The notes beneath the pieces are model-generated. The model made no database searches and had not been told where the DNA came from. It saw only the letters and a program-made list of their open reading frames with translations. A stretch of DNA of 64,000 bases from a bacterium. GTDB lineage: Bacteria; Omnitrophota; Gorgyraeia; Zapsychrales; Zapsychraceae. The position numbers were made by a program, and so were the translations under genes. Shown piece after piece: positions 55,933 through 64,000 of the stretch (position 1 is its first letter; every line of letters begins with the position of its first letter). Location of the stretch: the NCBI GenBank assembly GCA_030429765.1, contig JAUIER010000001.1, forward strand, positions 202,877 through 266,876, in the 5' to 3' direction.

Positions 55933-57199
55933 GATCGATGAAATGTGTCTGAAACTGATAGACCGTGTATTTCGGCCGATGGACAAGGGACGGCTGGTTA
56001 TCAACTTGCCCGATGGGAGGGAATTGACATATGGCAAGGACGATGCGGTTACGGCCACGATTGATGTACTCAATATGCGTTTTTTCCGTAAATGTGTGGT
56101 GTACGGAGCCGTGGGATTCGGGGAGTCATATGTCGACGGTGATTGGGAAACCAAGGACATCGCCGATGTGATCGGCTGGATGATCTATAATTACGAAAAT
56201 CATCCAACGTTGGCCGCGGATAAGCCAAAATTCAAGCCGGTCAACTTCCTGAATACGATCAATAAAATATATGGTAAATTCCGTGTCAATTCGATCAGGG
56301 GGAGCCGTAAAAATATTTCCGAGCATTACGACCTCAACAATGAATTTTTCAAACTGTTCCTCGACCCGACGATGACGTACTCATCGGCGATATTTAATCG
56401 TCCCGGACAATCGCTGGAGGAGGGGCAATATCAGAAATACGATGCCTTGTGCCGAAAGCTTAAGCTGCGTTCAACGGATCATGTGCTGGAAATCGGATCC
56501 GGATGGGGAGGATTTGCGGTGCACGCCGTTAAGAATTATGACTGCCGGGTCACGACGATCACGATTTCCGAAGAGCAATATGCCTACGCCAAGGAACGTT
56601 TCCGTCGTGAAGGAGTGGCCGATAAAGTTGACATTCAACTGACGGACTATCGTTTATTCACCGGCCAATACGATAAGATCGTGTCAATCGAGATGATCGA
56701 GGCGGTCGGGCATGAATTTTTACCGGAATATTTCCGTAAGATTGGTCAACTCCTCAAGAAGGACGGCCTAGTGGCCCTGCAGATGATCCTGTTTCCGGAC
56801 CATCGATATGACATTGCCCGACGGCAGACCGACTGGATCCAGAAGCATATCTTCCCCGGCAGTTTGTTGCCGTCGATGGGCGAAATCAACCGGGCGCTCA
56901 ACAAGACCGGAACGCTCAATCTACATGATTACGAAGATATCACGCCGTCATATGTCAAGACATTGAGGCTATGGTATGAGATGTTTAACGCTCGGTTGGA
57001 TGAGGTGCGGCTGTTGGGCTTTAACGAGTCGTTTGTCCGAAAGTGGAAGTACTACTTGTGCTACTGTGAGGCGGCCTTTAAAATGCGTAATATCAGCGTG
57101 GCACAGGCTGTGTACTCACGACCGAACAATCTGCATCTTAATGATGAATTGGAGGTCGAATTGTCTGAGAAGGATCAGGAATTTATCGAACTATTGTAA
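55907..57199 (+). CDS. cyclopropane-fatty-acyl-phospholipid synthase family SAM methyltransferase (copy 2)
   Basis: GTG start after AGGGAGG. 'VLEIGSGWGGFAVHAV', 'YDKIVSIEMIEAVGHEF'. Confidence 0.8.
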   Translation: MSVKRQKSKIDEMCLKLIDRVFRPMDKGRLVINLPDGRELTYGKDDAVTATIDVLNMRFFRKCVVYGAVGFGESYVDGDWETKDIADVIGWMIYNYENHPTLAADKPKFKPVNFLNTINKIYGKFRVNSIRGSRKNISEHYDLNNEFFKLFLDPTMTYSSAIFNRPGQSLEEGQYQKYDALCRKLKLRSTDHVLEIGSGWGGFAVHAVKNYDCRVTTITISEEQYAYAKERFRREGVADKVDIQLTDYRLFTGQYDKIVSIEMIEAVGHEFLPEYFRKIGQLLKKDGLVALQMILFPDHRYDIARRQTDWIQKHIFPGSLLPSMGEINRALNKTGTLNLHDYEDITPSYVKTLRLWYEMFNARLDEVRLLGFNESFVRKWKYYLCYCEAAFKMRNISVAQAVYSRPNNLHLNDELEVELSEKDQEFIELL

Positions 57200-57201
57200 A
57201 T

Positions 57202-57768
57202 ATGAAGCGACCATCACCCTTAATTATACTATTCACGCTGTTATTGTGGACGATGAATGTCGTGGCTTCGGCTGAGACTATCCATGGCGTTGCATTCAGC
57301 GACGTCTACATGGATGAGCATGTCATCATGGATCTGCTGGGGACCGGACATAAGAAAATCCTGTTCACCGATGTGTTCGTGGCCGGATTTTACCTTCACA
57401 CCGATGCCGGCCCCGATGACGCCTTAAGCGATGTGGCCAAACGGATGGAGGTTTCGTATTTTACCGATGTTGGAGCGAAACGTCTCGCGGACTACATCCG
57501 TAAACGTATGTCTAAGAACATGTCCTCAGAAGAGTTTGAAGAGGTTGAATCGCGTATCGAGAAAATGCATGATTTTTTCGTGGACCTGGACGCCGGTGAC
57601 CGCTTTTCGATGACCTACATTCCCGATATCGGAACAAAATTTGAACGCAACAACACGTTTCTGGGTGTCGTGGAAGGCGCTGACTTCGGCCGCGGAATCT
57701 TTGCCACCTGGGTGGGCGAGCGCCCCTTTGACAAATCAGTCAAACAACAAGTCTTGGGTCTTGAATAA
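57202..57768 (+). CDS. secreted chalcone-isomerase-like (lipid-binding) protein
   Basis: Signal peptide. 'IHGVAFSDV...ILFTDVFVAGFYLH' resembles bacterial CHI-like proteins. Last gene of the lipid cluster. Confidence 0.4.
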   Translation: MKRPSPLIILFTLLLWTMNVVASAETIHGVAFSDVYMDEHVIMDLLGTGHKKILFTDVFVAGFYLHTDAGPDDALSDVAKRMEVSYFTDVGAKRLADYIRKRMSKNMSSEEFEEVESRIEKMHDFFVDLDAGDRFSMTYIPDIGTKFERNNTFLGVVEGADFGRGIFATWVGERPFDKSVKQQVLGLE

Positions 57769-57904
57769 CACTCTCTGCTGTTTTTCCGGTTCGCGGTGAT
57801 CCTTCCATAATCGGGGCTTAATTAATTGCCATTTCCCTTGTTTCCCCAAATTCTAGCCTGTAGAATGATCGTATTATCAATGATTTGTGTACCAAGGAGG
57901 AGTT

Positions 57905-58366
57905 ATGGGCGACGATCGTAAACGTCAGAGTTTCTTTAGGACCAATCAGTATCAAAAGCCGATTATACATCTGGCCGTACTGCCGACATTTATCTTCTGT
58001 ACGCTGACCAGTTTCTTTGTCTTGATCCTGCACAATGAATTGGTGGCGTATGTCAAATTTAATACAACAATTGAGACCGTAGATGTTCTGAACCGATGGG
58101 GCTGGTTTATTATCGTGACGATCTGGACTTTTTTTGCGGTTGTCTGCGCGTGGGCGCAGGTGGTATCCGGACGCATGGTTGGCGCCTTCGAGCGGGTTGT
58201 CCGTGAATTGGATCGCGTGGTCGACGGCGAAGACGTCGCTTTTATCAAGGCGCGTGATAATGACCGCCTGGCCGGAGATCTACTTAAACGGGTCAATGTG
58301 TTGATACAGCGCAATCGAACCATCCGGGCCAGTCAACCGGCGAGGCCGTCCATGGGACGCGTCTAG
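57905..58366 (+). CDS. 2-TM membrane protein with HAMP-like domain only
   Basis: AGGAGG RBS. Two TM helices. 'GAFERVVRELDRVVDGEDVAFIKARDNDRLAGDLLKRVNVL' HAMP-like heptads. No output domain. Confidence 0.45.
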   Translation: MGDDRKRQSFFRTNQYQKPIIHLAVLPTFIFCTLTSFFVLILHNELVAYVKFNTTIETVDVLNRWGWFIIVTIWTFFAVVCAWAQVVSGRMVGAFERVVRELDRVVDGEDVAFIKARDNDRLAGDLLKRVNVLIQRNRTIRASQPARPSMGRV

Positions 58367-58367
58367 C

Positions 58368-58826
58368 ATGAAACGACTTTTTATCATCTTGATGATGATG
58401 GTGGCGAGTCTTGTGATGTCGATGCCATCGAGCGTCCGCGCGGAATTAACCGACGAAATTCAAGCCGCTACTGTTGAGACAGCGTTATTGTGGCTGGAAG
58501 TAGTCGATCAGGGACGGTATGACGAAAGCTGGGATCAGACGTCTGATAAGTTTAAGGCCGCGATGGGCAAGGAAGAGTGGACCGAGAAGCTCGATTTTTA
58601 TCGTGAACCGTTGGGCAAGGTCAAATCGAGGGAACTATTGGACAAAGGATTGTTTGAGTCCATTCCCAATCATCCAGGGCTCAGGATGATGGTGCTGCAA
58701 TTTAATTCGTCATTCGAAGACAAGGAGTTTGCCGTCGAGACCGTATCCACGGTCAGTATGAATGGAGGACCGTGGCAGGTGGCGGGTTACTTCATTTCAG
58801 ATTCTATCGATGTAAAGGTGCAGTAA
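58368..58826 (+). CDS. secreted DUF4019-like protein
   Basis: Signal peptide. 'LLWLEVVDQGRYDESWDQTSDKFKAAM'. Family assignment is from memory and uncertain. Confidence 0.35.
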   Translation: MKRLFIILMMMVASLVMSMPSSVRAELTDEIQAATVETALLWLEVVDQGRYDESWDQTSDKFKAAMGKEEWTEKLDFYREPLGKVKSRELLDKGLFESIPNHPGLRMMVLQFNSSFEDKEFAVETVSTVSMNGGPWQVAGYFISDSIDVKVQ

Positions 58827-58866
58827 TTACTTATGATCTTGTCTATGCAGCGGCTCGAGGTGAATC

Positions 58867-60666
58867 ATGTATGAAAACTTCGACAAGATTAATGGGTCAC
58901 ACCCGTGGCGCGATGTCAGTCCGCACGGATATATTGATTACCCGGTCTGTTACCGAAAAGGCGGCCGGGTGATTTATTTTAATTTCAATCTCGCCCGCGA
59001 AATGGGATTGATCCCCCGCGATCACCCCAAGCGTATCACCAAAAAGCTCGAACAAGTCATCCTTAAGACATTTTCCCTGCAGATCCTCAACGAATATGAT
59101 TGGGCCAACCGGCGGTCATTTCCCAAAGACGGTTACGAAGACCGCCTGTATATGGCCACACGCTATTTACAGACCCAGCATGCCAGCAAACAGGGGGAGA
59201 CGTCGGGAGATGGTCGAAGCATCTGGAACGGATATCTGAAAACCCGCTCCAGGACGTTTGATATTTCTAGCTGCGGCACAGGCAACACGATTTTATCCCC
59301 CGGAGCCCAGGAATCTCCGGATCCGATTCCGACGGGAAGCACAGAATACGGCTATGCGTCCGGGCTGGCGGAGATCGATGAAATGATGGGCGGGGCGGTG
59401 ATGTCGGAGATTTTTTACCGGGAAGGGTATCCCACCGAGCGGTGCCTGACAGTGATTGAGTATCCGGACCGCACGGCGATCGGGGTGCGGACCGCGCCGA
59501 ATCTGATTCGCCCGGCGCATTTGTTTCGGTATCTGAAGTCAGGGCAATTGGATGAGCTGATCGGTTCCTTTGATTGTTTTATCGATCGTCAGGTCGAAAA
59601 CCGGGTGTATGATGTGCCCAATTCTGGTAAGACGCGCTACCGAAAGGCGCTGGAATATATTACGCGCACACATGCCAAGTTGGCTGCGGTCATGGAAGAA
59701 GAGTATATCTTCAATTGGCTGGCCTGGGACGGCGACAATATGCTGGCCAGCGGGGCTCTATTGGACTACGGGTCCATTCGTCAGTTTTCCGCCAAGCACA
59801 ACCGCTATCGTTACGAAGACGTAGACCGTTATTCGACGACGTTGACCGAGCAGCGTGTATGGGCGCGCAAAATCATTCAAACCTTTATCCAGCTGACCGA
59901 TTTTGTCATCACCGCGGAGAAGAAAAATTTGGAGACATTCAAAGACGATCCGATGCTGGACCTGTTCGATGAATGTTTTGAACGGGAGCGTCACTCAAGG
60001 ATGCTCTGGAAGATCGGTTTTACTCCGGCACAATCACAACGGTTGCTGCGATATCATTCATCCAAAGTGGAGGGATTCCGTAAGGTCCTCAACTATTTTG
60101 AAGACGTCAAGACATCATCCGGATTGGAGGAGGTTCCGGACGGGATCAATCATCCTCCGGTGTTTTTGGTCCGGCATATTCTCAAATTTCTTCCTTTATT
60201 TTTGGTCAATCATTTCTCGACGGACGAATGGCCCGTAATGGATGAAGAAGATTTTTGCAAGATCATGGCCGGATCATATGTGGAGGAAGATGACCTGGTG
60301 CTGACCGACTATCGGCGCCGCAAGGCGCTGGAGTTTCAGGCCCAGTATGCCGCCTTGATACGGGCGGCCGGCAAGAATCCCGCCAAGGTGCTGCAACGGG
60401 TGGCTGAACGCTCAGGGGTGATTAATTATGAATACCGAAAAACCGGTGATGGTCTGACCTGGATCGTAAATGAGGCCGTCCGCGCCACCAAGAAAATGGA
60501 TGTAAACGAGCTGCAGTCCGCGATCGAGCGTTTTATCCAGTCTCAGGTGCTCGTGCCGGGCAAATGGCGACCAATCCGTGAGAGCGAGCTACATGGGCGG
60601 ACCATGAAATCCCGGTTGCTGCAGCGCATGCAGGAAAATCTCGAGATGTACAGCGAGACCATCTAG
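58867..60666 (+). CDS. divergent SelO/YdiU-like (protein-kinase-fold AMPylase family) protein with extended C-terminus
   Basis: 'SGDGRSIWNGYLKT' resembles SelO 'MGDGRAVLRSTIRE'. 'DGDNMLASGALLDYGSIRQF' resembles SelO catalytic 'NTDNMSILGLTIDYGPFGF'. Confidence 0.45.
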   Translation: MYENFDKINGSHPWRDVSPHGYIDYPVCYRKGGRVIYFNFNLAREMGLIPRDHPKRITKKLEQVILKTFSLQILNEYDWANRRSFPKDGYEDRLYMATRYLQTQHASKQGETSGDGRSIWNGYLKTRSRTFDISSCGTGNTILSPGAQESPDPIPTGSTEYGYASGLAEIDEMMGGAVMSEIFYREGYPTERCLTVIEYPDRTAIGVRTAPNLIRPAHLFRYLKSGQLDELIGSFDCFIDRQVENRVYDVPNSGKTRYRKALEYITRTHAKLAAVMEEEYIFNWLAWDGDNMLASGALLDYGSIRQFSAKHNRYRYEDVDRYSTTLTEQRVWARKIIQTFIQLTDFVITAEKKNLETFKDDPMLDLFDECFERERHSRMLWKIGFTPAQSQRLLRYHSSKVEGFRKVLNYFEDVKTSSGLEEVPDGINHPPVFLVRHILKFLPLFLVNHFSTDEWPVMDEEDFCKIMAGSYVEEDDLVLTDYRRRKALEFQAQYAALIRAAGKNPAKVLQRVAERSGVINYEYRKTGDGLTWIVNEAVRATKKMDVNELQSAIERFIQSQVLVPGKWRPIRESELHGRTMKSRLLQRMQENLEMYSETI

Positions 60667-60753
60667 CCCTTCCCCGTCCCAAATTATCCCTTAAAATTTC
60701 AGGATCTTGTGCTATAATGACGGCCTTGTCGAATTTTATAAGAGGGTTGAAAC

Positions 60754-62391
60754 ATGATATCAGTCAACAATGTAGGGTTACAATTCGGTTCGCGAAAGTT
60801 ATTTGACGGCGTCAATATCACATTTTCGCAGGGAAATTGTTATGGTTTGATCGGGGCGAATGGATCGGGAAAATCGACATTTGTGAAGATTCTGTCAGGT
60901 GACATTGAATCCACCTCTGGAACGATTTCAATTGCTGAAGGCAAGCGATTGTCTGTCTTGAAACAGGATCAATTCGCGTACGACGAGCACGAGGTCCTGA
61001 CCACCGTGATTATGGGGCACAAACGGCTGTACGAAGTCATGACGGCCAAGGATGAGTTGTATGCCAAACCGGATTTTTCAGATGAAGACGGGATCAAGGC
61101 CTCAGAGCTGGAAGGCGAATTTGCGGAATTGGATGGTTGGAACGCGGAGAGTGATGCGGCTAAATTGTTATCCGATGTTGGTATTACCGAAGACCTGCAT
61201 GAATTAAAGATGAAGCAGCTTGAAGGTAGCCAAAAGGTCAAGGTATTGCTGGCCCAGGCCCTTTTTGGTACGCCGGATATTCTTTTGTTGGATGAGCCTA
61301 CCAACCAGCTGGACGTGGAGACCTGTATGTGGCTGGAGGAATTTTTGGCCGAGTTTCAAAACACCGCCATCGTGGTCTCCCATGACCGGCATTTTCTTGA
61401 TAAAGTCTGCACGCACATTTGTGATATTGACTACGGAAAGATTCAGCTGTATCCGGGCAATTACACGTTCTGGGCCGAATCCAGTGAACTGGCGCAACGT
61501 CAGAAACAGGATGAAAACAAGAAGATCGAAGAGAAGCGTAAAGAGCTGCAGAATTTTGTGGCCCGATTCAGTGCCAATGCCTCAAAATCCCGTCAGGCGA
61601 CATCCCGTAAAAAGATCTTGGAAAATCTTACTTTGAATGATATCAAACCGTCGTCGAGAAAATATCCCTATGTCGGTTTTGAGCAGGAACGTGAAGCGGG
61701 AAATGATTTATTGCATGTTGATCATTTGTCCAAGTCAATTGACGGTCAGATCATGTTTAAAGATCTGACGATCACTGTTGAAAAAGGCGACAAGGTCGCG
61801 TTTATCGGGCGTAATGACCTCTCCAAAACCACCTTGTTCCAAATTCTGATGAAAGAGATGGAACCGGACACGGGATCTTTCAAATGGGGGGCATCCACCA
61901 GTCAGGCCTATTTCCCCAAGGAAAACAATGAGTATTTTGACAGAGATTTAAACATCATCGACTGGTTGCGCCAATACTCGAAAGAGCAGGATGAGCAATA
62001 TGTCCGCGGATTTTTGGGACGTATGTTGTTTACCGGTGAAGAATCCAAAAAGAGCGTGACCGTTTTGTCCGGGGGGGAAAAGGTGAGATGTATGCTCTCA
62101 CGGATGATGATGGTCGGTGCCAACGTCTTATTATTTGATGAGCCGACGAATCACCTGGATCTGGAATCAATTTCCGCCTTGAACAAGGGGATGAGCAAGT
62201 TCAACGGAACCATTCTTTTCTCGTCACATGACCATCAACTGGTGCAAACCGTTGCCAACCGAATTATTGAGATCACGCCTAATGGATACATCGACAAGCA
62301 AGGGATCACCTTTGATGAATATCTCGACGATCCGGTGGTTAAACAGCGACGGGCCGAGCTGTATGCCAAACCCAGCAATGTGGCTGGTTAA
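60754..62391 (+). CDS. ABC-F family ATPase (YbiT-like)
   Basis: Two ABC cassettes ('GLIGANGSGKST', 'LSGGEKVR') around a linker 'RFSANASKSRQATSRKK'. Close in pattern to E. coli YbiT. Confidence 0.85.
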   Translation: MISVNNVGLQFGSRKLFDGVNITFSQGNCYGLIGANGSGKSTFVKILSGDIESTSGTISIAEGKRLSVLKQDQFAYDEHEVLTTVIMGHKRLYEVMTAKDELYAKPDFSDEDGIKASELEGEFAELDGWNAESDAAKLLSDVGITEDLHELKMKQLEGSQKVKVLLAQALFGTPDILLLDEPTNQLDVETCMWLEEFLAEFQNTAIVVSHDRHFLDKVCTHICDIDYGKIQLYPGNYTFWAESSELAQRQKQDENKKIEEKRKELQNFVARFSANASKSRQATSRKKILENLTLNDIKPSSRKYPYVGFEQEREAGNDLLHVDHLSKSIDGQIMFKDLTITVEKGDKVAFIGRNDLSKTTLFQILMKEMEPDTGSFKWGASTSQAYFPKENNEYFDRDLNIIDWLRQYSKEQDEQYVRGFLGRMLFTGEESKKSVTVLSGGEKVRCMLSRMMMVGANVLLFDEPTNHLDLESISALNKGMSKFNGTILFSSHDHQLVQTVANRIIEITPNGYIDKQGITFDEYLDDPVVKQRRAELYAKPSNVAG

Positions 62392-62394
62392 TCG

Positions 62395-62754
62395 ATGAAT
62401 GTGGCCGTCATCGGAGCATCTAACAAGCCACAACGTTATTCTTTCCAGGCTGTTAAACTTCTTCTAGAACATTCGCATCAGGTTTTTCCGGTTCATCGAC
62501 GCGTAAAAGAGATCGATGGACTGTCTGTTTATGCTGACGTCAAAGATATTGCCCAACCCATAGATACAGTCACTTTATATGTGTCGGCGGATATTTCAAC
62601 GCGATTGATGGAGGACTTGTTGGCCCTCAGTCCGCGACGGATTATCTTTAATCCCGGCGCGGAGAATTCGGCCCTCAAAGACAAGGCTGATGCAGCCGGA
62701 ATCGAGACGGTGGAAGGCTGCACGCTGGTTATGCTGCGAACCGGCCAATTTTAG
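62395..62754 (+). CDS. CoA-binding domain protein (YccU-like)
   Basis: 'VAVIGASNKPQRYSFQAV' Rossmann-like. 119 aa. Confidence 0.7.
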   Translation: MNVAVIGASNKPQRYSFQAVKLLLEHSHQVFPVHRRVKEIDGLSVYADVKDIAQPIDTVTLYVSADISTRLMEDLLALSPRRIIFNPGAENSALKDKADAAGIETVEGCTLVMLRTGQF

Positions 62755-62824
62755 TTTTCTTCTCGCGCCGCATGAAACGGTTTGGTATTATAAGGCATAT
62801 TCGTAAACCCAAAAACCGACGCGC

Positions 62825-64000
62825 ATGCTATTCAATTCACTTCAATTCTTTCTTTTCTTCGTAGTTATTTACTCTTTATATTTAGTTTGTTCGCATCGAT
62901 GGCAAAATCGTCTTTTGCTGGTAGCCAGTTACGTATTTTATGGAGCGTGGGATTGGCGATTTTTGTCTTTGATCTGGATATCCACGGCGATTGACTATTG
63001 GTGCGGTCGGCAGATGGGTTCGACAGATGCGGCTCAGCGTAAACGCTATCTGATCATCAGCATCACGGCCAATATGGCCATCCTGGGTTTCTTTAAGTAT
63101 TTTGGATTCTTTAGTGAGAGTCTTCAGCATTTGCTTGGGACCTTTGGATATAATCCGGGGTGGACCACATTAAATATCGTCCTGCCGGTGGGGATCTCGT
63201 TTTATACCTTCCAGTCGATGAGCTACACCATCGATATCTACAACAATAAACTCAAGCCTTCCGACAAGTTTTCCGATTTTGCTTTGTTTGTGGCCTTTTT
63301 TCCTCAGCTCGTGGCCGGACCGATTGAACGGGCCCGGCATTTGTTGCCTCAGATTTATCGGCCGCGTACCATCAAGCTTGATCAGTTTTACGAGGGATCT
63401 TATCTGATTTTCTGGGGGATGTTTCAAAAGGTATTTGTCGCGGACAACCTCGCGAAGATTTCAGATACGATTTTCGCGCTCGGCGGACCGTATGATCGGG
63501 TCGAAGTATTGATTGGGGCATATGCGTTTTCATTCCAGATATTTTGTGACTTTGCGGGATACTCCAATATTGCCCGGGGACTGTGCAAGGTGATGGGTTT
63601 TGATATCATGGTGAATTTTAATCTGCCGTATTTTGCCCAGAATCCGAGTGATTTTTGGCGGCGCTGGCACATCAGTCTGTCGACGTGGCTGCGGGACTAT
63701 TTGTACATTCCGCTTGGCGGAAACCGTGGCGGACAGCTCAAGACGTTGCGAAATTTGATGCTGACAATGCTCTTGGGCGGCTTGTGGCACGGGGCGGCGT
63801 GGACGTTTGTGTTGTGGGGAGGATATCACGGGCTTTTACTGATTGTTTATCGGGTGGCCGAATATTTGCGAGAGCGCTGGTCGTGGACCGCTTGGTCTTC
63901 GTCCCGGCTCTGGACGGTGTGCAAGATCGTCTTTTTCTATCATCTGGTTTGCTACGGGTGGATATTGTTCCGGGCTCAGTCATTCGAGCAAATCACTGCG
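62825..64000 (+). CDS. MBOAT-family membrane O-acyltransferase (AlgI/DltB-like), 3' end outside the window
   Basis: Open frame from ATG 62825 to the window end; not in the ORF track because it has no stop. 'FFPQLVAGPIERA', conserved His in 'WRRWHISLSTWLRDYLYIPLGGNRGG'. Confidence 0.75.
   Translation, partial: MLFNSLQFFLFFVVIYSLYLVCSHRWQNRLLLVASYVFYGAWDWRFLSLIWISTAIDYWCGRQMGSTDAAQRKRYLIISITANMAILGFFKYFGFFSESLQHLLGTFGYNPGWTTLNIVLPVGISFYTFQSMSYTIDIYNNKLKPSDKFSDFALFVAFFPQLVAGPIERARHLLPQIYRPRTIKLDQFYEGSYLIFWGMFQKVFVADNLAKISDTIFALGGPYDRVEVLIGAYAFSFQIFCDFAGYSNIARGLCKVMGFDIMVNFNLPYFAQNPSDFWRRWHISLSTWLRDYLYIPLGGNRGGQLKTLRNLMLTMLLGGLWHGAAWTFVLWGGYHGLLLIVYRVAEYLRERWSWTAWSSSRLWTVCKIVFFYHLVCYGWILFRAQSFEQITA

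Overview
This 64-kb window comes from a bacterial chromosome of roughly 50% GC. It is densely coding, with many 1-4 nt start/stop overlaps. The organism cannot be identified from sequence alone, but Lgt, a secretin, lipoprotein signals and T2SS/T4P parts indicate a diderm. All functional calls below come from reading motifs in the supplied translations against remembered family signatures; no database search was run. Nothing in the window looks like a mobile element, CRISPR array, rRNA or tRNA.

Layout:
- 1-2119 (+): a two-component pair (histidine kinase 3' fragment plus an OmpR-type response regulator), then PilT.
- 2121-9093 (-): a five-gene operon of an AI-2E transporter, a GT-C-like membrane protein with TPR repeats, a MoxR AAA+ ATPase, a DUF58 protein and a transglutaminase-like protein.
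- 9224-19277 (+): mostly housekeeping genes: HAD-like hydrolase, NUDIX hydrolase, FolE2, MoaB, Dcd, SufE, Trm112, Lgt, a MobA-like protein, a receiver-only response regulator, a DnaQ-like exonuclease, a RibD deaminase domain and HemB.
- 15544-15770: an intergenic island with a near-consensus promoter and two tandem terminators.
- 21028-23577: a leader resembling a c-di-GMP-I riboswitch, upstream of a 768-aa NHL-repeat protein.
- 23866-36835: a 10-gene type II secretion / type IV pilus-like operon: GspE/PilB, GspF/PilC, a GspG-like pseudopilin, a GspL-like PilM-PilN fusion, PilO/GspM-like, a PilP-like lipoprotein, a secretin with a ~480-aa acidic N-terminal extension, a 716-aa pseudopilin with C-terminal beta-sandwich domains, a small pseudopilin and a 429-aa GspK-like protein.
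- 36839-38696: a secreted ankyrin-repeat protein and a MORN-repeat protein flanking the end of that operon.
- 38875-44198: YchF, DinB, small lipoproteins, an ACT-domain protein, a redoxin and a LOG-family protein.
- 44407-50825: a YfhO-like membrane protein with an overlapping TPR gene, a CII-like HTH protein, NfeD, flotillin, and an alanine-rich membrane-anchored protein containing a 3 x 54 bp tandem repeat.
- 50886-57768: a DUF4126 protein, then a MarR-headed lipid-modification cluster (DUF1295, CFA synthase, FAD oxidoreductase, DUF1365, a second CFA synthase, a chalcone-isomerase-like protein) behind a 24-bp perfect palindromic operator.
- 57905-64000: a 2TM-HAMP-only protein, a DUF4019-like protein, a divergent SelO-like protein, a YbiT-like ABC-F ATPase, a CoA-binding protein and the 5' part of an MBOAT (AlgI/DltB-like) gene.

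The most interesting candidates are the riboswitch-like leader, the lipid-modification cluster with its operator, the atypical secretion system with its acidic secretin and giant pseudopilin, the SelO-like protein, and the candidate sRNA.
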